This document shows, piece after piece, positions 57,599-64,000 of a stretch of DNA of 64,000 bases. A model generated the notes under the pieces. That model ran no database searches and had not been told where the DNA came from. It was given only the letters and a program-made list of their open reading frames with translations. The translations under genes were made by a program, and so were the position numbers. The stretch covers positions 158,903 through 222,902 of the forward strand of contig JAFUOO010000004.1 of the NCBI GenBank assembly GCA_017472685.1, read 5' to 3'. Positions within the stretch are counted from its first letter, which is position 1; each line of letters starts with the position of its first letter. This DNA is from Clostridia bacterium. Lineage in GTDB: Bacteria; Bacillota; Clostridia; UMGS1883.

Positions 57599-58777
57599 TT
57601 AAAAATGTACAAATAATGATGAAATTTTGCGCGCAATTCTATAAAGCGGTCCTTCCAGCTCCTTCTGAGCATCCTTTAGCTTATTGCGGATGTCAATTCC
57701 CTGGGGGCAGTGAGCTTCACACTTTCCGCATTGTATGCAGTTGGAGGCTGCTGTGGAGTTTTTTCTTAAGGCTGTGCACATAACATATTCTTTCAAGGCT
57801 GTGTATTTTCCGTCGGTGTAAAGGCGGTTGTATGCGGCAAAGGTGCCGGGAATATCCACCATTTTCGGGCAGGGTGTGCAATAACCACAGCCGGTGCAGC
57901 CAACCTTGATTTTTGAATTGATTGCATCAACAACACTGTTAAGCATTGCCTGGTCGTCGGAGGATAAATCGCCCACGTTGGCATCTGATGCTGTCTTGAT
58001 GTTTTCCATAACCATGTCAGTTGAGTTCATGCCCGAAAGAACAAGGGTAACCTCTTTTTGATTCCAGAGCCATCTGAATGCCCATGCAGCAGGTGAATAC
58101 TGCTTCTTGTAGTCAGCAAAAATCTTCCTGGCAGCTGTGGGCAGATTGTTAACCAACCTTCCGCCACGAAGAGGCTCCATAATAAATACGGGCAAGCCTT
58201 TTTTATTGGCATACAAAAGTCCGCGTTTGCCTGCCTGCGTGTGTTCATCCATATAGTTATACTGAATCATGCAAAAATCCCAGTCGTACGCATCCACAAG
58301 CTGACAGAAAACCTCAGAGTTTCCGTGGTAGGAAAACCCCACCTGGCGTATCTGACCGCTTTTTTTCTTTTCGGCAATCCATTCCTTAATACCCATGTCG
58401 CAAAGGCGGTTCCATGCGGAAATGTCGGTAAGCATATGCATAAGATAATAATCCACATAGTCAGAGCGGAGACGCTTTAATTCCTCATCAAACAGCCTGT
58501 CAAGTCCTTCGCGGGTTTTGATTAAGTAGTGGGGAAGCTTGGTTGCTATGTTTACCTTGTCCCTTATGTTGTTTTTTTCAAAAACCTTTCCAAGAAGTAC
58601 TTCGCTACCGGGGTATATATAGGCAGTGTCAAAATAGTTCACACCATTATGGTAGGCGGTCATTATTTCTTTTTCAGCTTTTTCAAAATCAATTTTACCC
58701 ATGCTTGAGGAAAAACGCATACAGCCAAAACCGAGCTGTGATAATTGATTTCCGTATTTATCCGTGCGGTAATTCAT
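57599..58777 (-). CDS. Aldo/keto reductase with a C-terminal 4Fe-4S ferredoxin-like domain.
   Basis: AKR N-terminus (GFGCMRF). Two CxxCxxCxxxCP clusters at the C-terminus. Confidence 0.75.
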   Translation of the reverse strand: MNYRTDKYGNQLSQLGFGCMRFSSSMGKIDFEKAEKEIMTAYHNGVNYFDTAYIYPGSEVLLGKVFEKNNIRDKVNIATKLPHYLIKTREGLDRLFDEELKRLRSDYVDYYLMHMLTDISAWNRLCDMGIKEWIAEKKKSGQIRQVGFSYHGNSEVFCQLVDAYDWDFCMIQYNYMDEHTQAGKRGLLYANKKGLPVFIMEPLRGGRLVNNLPTAARKIFADYKKQYSPAAWAFRWLWNQKEVTLVLSGMNSTDMVMENIKTASDANVGDLSSDDQAMLNSVVDAINSKIKVGCTGCGYCTPCPKMVDIPGTFAAYNRLYTDGKYTALKEYVMCTALRKNSTAASNCIQCGKCEAHCPQGIDIRNKLKDAQKELEGPLYRIARKISSLFVHF

Positions 58778-58896
58778 AAAAAACCTCCTTTATTGTATAC
58801 TATAATAACATAAATAAGGGGAAAACTCAAGAATTTTGATAATGTGCATTATCTGCAACAAAAAACCGCCCCTGAGGGCGGTTTTTAATTTACTTG

Positions 58897-60672
58897 TCAG
58901 CTTCTCTGCATTTCGGGCAGAGTGTACTTTGCAAGATATGCCTTGTATTTTTCCTTGAATGTGGGGTCTTCGCTCTTAAGAGCCTTCATACCTTCATGAA
59001 GATTCATTGTGTTGTGGCTTGTTTCAATAATGCAGCCTGCAATATTTGAACAGTGGTCCGAAACTCTCTCAAGGTTTGTGAGAAGGTCAGAGAGCACAAA
59101 GCCTGTTTCAATGCTGCATCTGCCGTTCTGCAAGCGGTAGATGTGACGAAGGTGCATTTCGCTCTTGAGCTTGTCAATTGCCTGCTCCAAGGGCTCAACC
59201 AACGCTGCAGCTTCAAGGTTGTCTTCGGTAAATGCTTTAAGCGTAAGGTCAAGAATTTCGTTTACTGCATCGCCGAGCACCTTGATTTCGCCCTGTGCGG
59301 ATACGGAGAACTTAATGTCCTTATCTCGGATTTCTTCAGCAGACTTAAGAATGTTGATGCTGTGGTCAGAAATACGTTCCAAGTCACCGATAACCTTTAA
59401 AAGGCGTGCAACACGTGTGCTGTCAGAATCGTCGAGGTTGTGGCTTGAAAGCTTAACCAGGTAGTTGCCGATAACGTCTTCAAAGTGGTCAACCTTGCCT
59501 TCGGCTTCCATAAGCTCTTCTGCCTTTGTGTCGGAATAGTTGCCGATTGTATCAATACTTGCTTTTAAAGAGTCAACAGCGCACTGTGCCATCTTTTCTG
59601 TGTAGTTGTAGCAGTTTTCAAGAGCAATGGAGGGTGTGCCGAGAAGTCTTTCGTCGAGCTCTGTTTCAACCTCCTGAATCTTTGCATCGGGAACAACCTT
59701 GCGGGCAATCTTTTCAAGAAGACCTGCGCAGGGGAAGAGGATAGCTGTAACGATTACGTTGAAGAGTGTATGAGAAACTGAAATGCTTACATAGTCTGCG
59801 GATACATTAAGAATCGGAGGAGCAAGTGTAGCTCTTACAATATAAAGCACCGTAAGAAGAATTGTTGTACCGATAACGTTGAAGGAAAGGTGAACAACTG
59901 CAACTCTCTTTGCGTTACGGTTTGCACCGAAGGAGGAAAGCACAGCTGTAATACATGTACCGATGTTCTGACCCATGATAATGGGAAGAGCCGCACCGAT
60001 TGTAACTGCACCGGTTGAGCTTGCAAGCGCCTGAAGAATACCTACAGATGCGGAAGAAGACTGGATGATTGCTGTTAAAATTGCACCTGCAAGAACACCT
60101 AAGATAGGCTCGGAGAACATTGTGAGAATGCTGCAGAAGGCTTCGTTGTCACGAAGAGCTTCAACAGATGCACTCATTGCATCCATACCGAACATAAGTG
60201 TTGCAAAGCCGAGGAAAATCATACCTGTAGCCTGCTTCTTGCTTGACTTTGTGAACATGTAGAGGATAATACCTACAAGAGCCAGGATTGGTGTGAAGGT
60301 GGAAGGCTTAAAAAGCTGAAGGATAACACCTGCGCCTTCGCCGATGCCGCCTAAGCTCAATATCCAGGCTGTAACTGTTGTACCGATGTTGGCACCCATG
60401 ATAACGCCGATGGACTGCTTAAGAGTCATAACACCGGAGTTAACAAAGCCTACAACCATAACTGTTGTTGCGGAAGAGGACTGGATAATGGCTGTTACAC
60501 CAAGACCTGTCAGAAAGCCCATGAATCTGTTGTCTGTAAGACGGCCGATAAGAGCTGTTAACTGGTCGCCTGCGCGTTTTTCAAGTGCTTCACCCATAAG
60601 ATTCATACCAAACAGGAACAAGCACAGACCACCGATAAGACCAAGTAAATCAAATCCTAATACGTCTGCCAT
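58897..60672 (-). CDS. Na/Pi-cotransporter family protein with C-terminal PhoU-like domains.
   Basis: Duplicated Na/Pi cotransporter TM repeats plus two PhoU-like helical domains. The ATG at 60672 has an AAGGAA RBS. An upstream in-frame start lies at 60726. Confidence 0.7.
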   Translation of the reverse strand: MADVLGFDLLGLIGGLCLFLFGMNLMGEALEKRAGDQLTALIGRLTDNRFMGFLTGLGVTAIIQSSSATTVMVVGFVNSGVMTLKQSIGVIMGANIGTTVTAWILSLGGIGEGAGVILQLFKPSTFTPILALVGIILYMFTKSSKKQATGMIFLGFATLMFGMDAMSASVEALRDNEAFCSILTMFSEPILGVLAGAILTAIIQSSSASVGILQALASSTGAVTIGAALPIIMGQNIGTCITAVLSSFGANRNAKRVAVVHLSFNVIGTTILLTVLYIVRATLAPPILNVSADYVSISVSHTLFNVIVTAILFPCAGLLEKIARKVVPDAKIQEVETELDERLLGTPSIALENCYNYTEKMAQCAVDSLKASIDTIGNYSDTKAEELMEAEGKVDHFEDVIGNYLVKLSSHNLDDSDSTRVARLLKVIGDLERISDHSINILKSAEEIRDKDIKFSVSAQGEIKVLGDAVNEILDLTLKAFTEDNLEAAALVEPLEQAIDKLKSEMHLRHIYRLQNGRCSIETGFVLSDLLTNLERVSDHCSNIAGCIIETSHNTMNLHEGMKALKSEDPTFKEKYKAYLAKYTLPEMQRS

Positions 60673-60865
60673 AGAAATTAATTCCTTTCTTATTTTCATT
60701 TTTAATTTTGCCTGTTTATGAAACAATAAAACTAAAGTTTATGTAAAATAAACCGACTTACAGAGTTATCTTATCATAAAAAAGGTAAAGATGCGGTAAA
60801 GAGTGAGTAAAGATTGTTAATTGTATGTAAAAAAAAGACGAGATAACAACCTCGTCTTTTAAAAA

Positions 60866-61561
60866 TTAATGCATTCTGTAGCCTACCCCAAGCTCGTTTG
60901 AAATAAATTTATTCTCGCCCGGCTTTAATGAGAGCTTTTTGCGTATATTTGCCATATTAACCTGCAGCTTTTTTGTGCTGCCCGAGTCAAAATAGCCCCA
61001 TATTTCCTTTGATATGGCAGAATAGGTCATAACCTTGCCGAAATGCTCGCTAAGGAGGGCTATAATGTTGAACTCCGTCTGTGTAAGCTTAATTTCCGTA
61101 TCATATATATAGAACTTGCGGGCGTCGTAATCAATGGTCATTTCACCCGAGGTAAACTTACCTCCGGGGAGCTTGCCCTCCTCGGCACTGTGACGGTTTG
61201 AGCGGAGTATGCTTCTGACACGTGCGGCAAATTCCTGTGAGCCGAAGGGCTTTGTAACATAGTCGTTAGCGCCCATGTCCAAAGCTTCCACCTTGTCGCT
61301 TTCCTCACTGCGTGCAGAAAGCACCATAACGGGAACAGGGGATGTTTTTCTTATATCCTGAAGAAGCAGTGTGCCGTCACGGTCGGGAAGCCCCAGGTCG
61401 AGCACCACTAAATCCGGGTGGTGGGATGTGAACATGAGAAGCCCTTTTTCAGCAGTTTCGGCAGCTATTACAAAATAATTGTTTGCCTGTAAAAGTGCAG
61501 TTACAAATCTCAATATGTTGGCTTCGTCTTCAATTACAAGTATTTTATATTTGTTGTTCAT
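60866..61561 (-). CDS. OmpR-family response regulator.
   Basis: Receiver domain (ILVIEDE ... D ... K) plus a winged-helix C-terminus. Overlaps the kinase gene by 4 nt. Confidence 0.8.
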   Translation of the reverse strand: MNNKYKILVIEDEANILRFVTALLQANNYFVIAAETAEKGLLMFTSHHPDLVVLDLGLPDRDGTLLLQDIRKTSPVPVMVLSARSEESDKVEALDMGANDYVTKPFGSQEFAARVRSILRSNRHSAEEGKLPGGKFTSGEMTIDYDARKFYIYDTEIKLTQTEFNIIALLSEHFGKVMTYSAISKEIWGYFDSGSTKKLQVNMANIRKKLSLKPGENKFISNELGVGYRMH

Positions 61562-62649
61562 ATGCTTTCCTCCAAGTCAAGTGTAAACCTGAATACGGCA
61601 CCGCCGTCCTTGTCATTTTCGGCACTTATACACCCACCGTGAGCCTTTATTATTGTTGCGCAGACCGAAAGCCCTATACCCATTGAATGGGTTTTTCCGT
61701 CGGAAGTATTGCTGTGTGAAAAGGATGTGAAAATAGTTTTTAAAACATCGGGGTCAATGCCGCTGCCATCGTCCTTTACCTCGAAAATGGCTTGCTTGCC
61801 CAAGGTAAACACCTTGAGCGAAAGACGTGTAAAGCCCTTTGCGTGCTGAACAGTATTCTCAAGCAGGTTTATGAGCACCTGCTCAATAAGGAGCGGGTCT
61901 GCCATAACAGTTACAAAATCCTCGGGAATATCAATTTCAACTGCAATGTCGGGATAACGCTTATGAAATTTTGACAACGAAGAATCGATAAGCTCCTCCA
62001 GAACAGTGGAGGACTTTATCAGCTTTACGTTGTCTGTGTCAAACTTAGTTATGGATAAAAGGTTTTCCACCATGCGGATAAGCCACTGAGAGTCGTCCTT
62101 GATGCCTGTGAGCATTGTGAGCTTATCCTCATCGGAACGCGTTGTGTAGTTGTCAGCCATTGTTGATGCTGAGCCATATATCGCCGTAAGGGGAGTTCTG
62201 AGGTCATGAGAAATGGCACGCAACAGATTGGCGCGCATCTTTTCCTTTTCGGTTTCTGTCTGCAGTGCTTCGTGATGCCTTATTTTTGCAGTGAGTGCAC
62301 AGGAAAGGGAGGTTACCGCAATGAGAATTACTGCCGATATGGCATTTTCCTGAATTGTGAAATTGAACTCAAAATAAGGGAAGGTGAAGGCAAAATTTAC
62401 AGCAAGCATACTGATAAAAGCCGATATAAGCCCGTAAACATAGCCTTGTGTCAAAAGGGACACAAGAAACACCGCAAGCACAAAAATTGCACTCACAAGC
62501 CCCGATGCACTGAAAAACTTGTCTATCAACAGCGAAAGAAAAAATGCACAGGTCAGTATAACGATTGTATGTACCGTATTTTTTAAAATGCTGTTATTTT
62601 TCATATATATCACCAAGATAATTGTAATTGAAAAACAAGGGAAAGTCAA
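61558..62649 (-). CDS. Sensor histidine kinase.
   Basis: Four N-terminal TM helices. HisKA H-box (ISHDLRTPL). HATPase N/G boxes. Confidence 0.75.
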   Translation of the reverse strand: MTFPCFSITIILVIYMKNNSILKNTVHTIVILTCAFFLSLLIDKFFSASGLVSAIFVLAVFLVSLLTQGYVYGLISAFISMLAVNFAFTFPYFEFNFTIQENAISAVILIAVTSLSCALTAKIRHHEALQTETEKEKMRANLLRAISHDLRTPLTAIYGSASTMADNYTTRSDEDKLTMLTGIKDDSQWLIRMVENLLSITKFDTDNVKLIKSSTVLEELIDSSLSKFHKRYPDIAVEIDIPEDFVTVMADPLLIEQVLINLLENTVQHAKGFTRLSLKVFTLGKQAIFEVKDDGSGIDPDVLKTIFTSFSHSNTSDGKTHSMGIGLSVCATIIKAHGGCISAENDKDGGAVFRFTLDLEESI

Positions 62650-62784
62650 ATAGTGAAATGATTTTTTACTGTATCTTAACTAAAAAGAAAAAGTGTGATA
62701 AAATAAAAAAAGCTCAAACTATTTTGCCGGATAAATAGTCTAATGGGTGAACGGACCGTTAGAAAACACAAAGGAGTGAGATAA

Positions 62785-63252
62785 ATGCGGAAGAGAAAAC
62801 AGCTGGAGCGGTTTTTAGAGGAAAATCTGGATAGTGTATACAGATTTGCATATACATACCTGAGAAACAAAGCCGATGCTGAGGACGTTGTCAATGACAG
62901 TGTGGTAAAGGCGCTGAAGGCGGTCGGCAGAATAAAAAATGAGGACAGTATCAAATGCTGGTTTTATTCGATTGTGGCAAACACTGCACTCACAACGTTG
63001 AAGAAAAACGGACGGTGCATAGCGCTTGAACCGGAAAAGATTGAGCGAGGCTTCACTGAGGATGATTATTCACGCCTCAACTTTGAAAGCATGATTAACT
63101 GTCTGGAGGAAAATTTAAAAGCTGTGATTGTTTTAAAATGCTGTGATGATTTAACCTTTGCAGAAATCGGCAGGGTGCTTGACATAAGCGAAAATACGGC
63201 AAAAACACGATTTTATACGGGGATAAAAAAGCTCAGAAGGGAGATAGAGTAA
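62785..63252 (+). CDS. Sigma-70 family (ECF-like) RNA polymerase sigma factor.
   Basis: Region 2 (YRFAYTYLRNKADAEDVVNDS) and a region-4 HTH (LTFAEIGRVLDISENTAKTRFYTGIKKL). Confidence 0.7.
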   Translation: MRKRKQLERFLEENLDSVYRFAYTYLRNKADAEDVVNDSVVKALKAVGRIKNEDSIKCWFYSIVANTALTTLKKNGRCIALEPEKIERGFTEDDYSRLNFESMINCLEENLKAVIVLKCCDDLTFAEIGRVLDISENTAKTRFYTGIKKLRREIE

Positions 63253-64000
63253 TGTACGATTTTTTAAACGGAAATGAAAACATAGTAGCAGGCGAGGGTT
63301 TAAAGAAAAGCGTTAAGAGGAAAATTGTCAGAAATAAAATAGGCAATATAACAAAGATTGCAGGCGGTACTGTAGCAGTGCTTTTGATTGCGGTAACGGT
63401 AAGCACAAATGTTTCGCCCTCGTTAGCATATGCAATGAGCGATGTGCCTGTTTTAGGTGATATTGTGAGAGTTGTTACTTTAAACAGATATGAAAACAAA
63501 ATAGGTGGAAGCGAAGCAGAAATTGTTACACCTAAAATTGAAGGGCTTCGCGATGAAGAACTCATGAATCAAATAAATGAAGAGCTTGGAGACAATGCTG
63601 ACAGGCTCATTGCAGCGTTTGAAAAAGAGGCACTTATGCTTCAGGCGGCATACGGTGACGATGTACACATGGGTGTGGGGAGTGATTATACCATCCGCAC
63701 GGATAATGATGATTATTACGCAATAGATATTTACTTTTACAATCTTGTCGGTTCGTCGTCTACAACTCATAAGTTCTATACTGTTGACAAGCATACAGGC
63801 GAGATCATGACACTTAAGGGGCTTTTTAAGGAAAATGTTGACTATGCTGAGCCTATAAGCGAGATTATAAAAAATGAAATGATAAGGAGAAACGAAAACG
63901 GCGGAGCATATTGGGTAGAAGATGATGAATTCACCGAAGGATTCAAAGGCATAGAAGAAAATCAAAGCTTCTTTATAAATGAAGAGGATAATATAGTGGT
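63252..64000 (+). CDS. Putative anti-sigma factor, 5' part. Continues beyond the window.
   Basis: The ATG overlaps the sigma stop codon (TAATG). One TM (IAGGTVAVLLIAVTV). Open to the window end. The antisense ORFs at 63233-63965 are rejected. Confidence 0.45.
   Translation, partial: MYDFLNGNENIVAGEGLKKSVKRKIVRNKIGNITKIAGGTVAVLLIAVTVSTNVSPSLAYAMSDVPVLGDIVRVVTLNRYENKIGGSEAEIVTPKIEGLRDEELMNQINEELGDNADRLIAAFEKEALMLQAAYGDDVHMGVGSDYTIRTDNDDYYAIDIYFYNLVGSSSTTHKFYTVDKHTGEIMTLKGLFKENVDYAEPISEIIKNEMIRRNENGGAYWVEDDEFTEGFKGIEENQSFFINEEDNIV

Noticed and set aside
63233-63965. Two minus-strand ORFs (110 and 161 aa) antisense to the anti-sigma gene.
   Set aside because: The plus-strand ORF is translationally coupled to the sigma factor and has a TM anchor typical of anti-sigma factors. 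The antisense ORFs lack an RBS.
1-64000. CRISPR arrays, rRNA genes, transposases or integrases.
   Set aside because: Scanning found no regular short direct-repeat and spacer arrays, no rRNA-like sequence, and no ORF with tyrosine or serine recombinase or DDE transposase motifs.

Overview
The window looks like a chromosomal segment from a low-GC Firmicute, probably Clostridia and Ruminococcaceae-like. One gene product carries CHAP, Listeria-Bacteroides repeat, Big_2, cohesin and dockerin modules, and another is a large beta-helix pectate-lyase-like protein. Left flank (1-4.3 kb): the 3' part of a cobalamin-dependent methionine synthase, a large lipoprotein, and a tRNA-Thr/tRNA-Lys pair driven by a consensus sigma-A promoter. 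Directly after tRNA-Lys sits a 215-bp tandem duplication that re-uses the last 14 nt of the tRNA, an att-like signature. From about 4.7 to 37.9 kb the sequence is visibly more AT-rich, and its gene content looks like a defense or accessory island. It holds at least five distinct TIR-domain proteins (TIR-MORN, TIR-STAND-TPR, a small TIR, TIR-TM-beta-propeller, TIR-Sel1). It also holds a protease-less Lon-like AAA+ ATPase, a four-gene JAB/MPN + Zn-ribbon + membrane + metallophosphatase operon, an SprT-like metallopeptidase and a possible RelE-like protein. Two inverted paralogous SH3-M23 peptidase genes flank about 22 kb of it, and no integrase or recombinase is visible. The most unusual unit is a co-directional cassette at about 20.9-30.1 kb, bounded by rho-independent terminators. 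It encodes a 757-aa unknown protein, a PP2C-like phosphatase, a 1359-aa protein with an N-terminal Hanks Ser/Thr kinase and a C-terminal PD-(D/E)xK nuclease-like domain, a RyR-domain protein, and a TIR/Sel1 protein. I cannot match this cassette to a described defense system from the sequence alone. The right flank (37.9-64 kb) is ordinary core genome. It comprises EamA and AI-2E transporters, a LOG-family protein, PiT plus DUF47, a DUF2264 protein, cdaR-cdaA (cdaA is the c-di-AMP synthase), a cysteine desulfurase, a PucR-like regulator, ftsE-ftsX-envC-like, a D-Ala-D-Ala carboxypeptidase, ireB, tRNA-Leu, a pectate lyase, uppP, an Fe-S aldo/keto reductase, a Na/Pi cotransporter, a two-component system, and an ECF-type sigma/anti-sigma pair. 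No CRISPR array, rRNA, transposase or integrase was seen.
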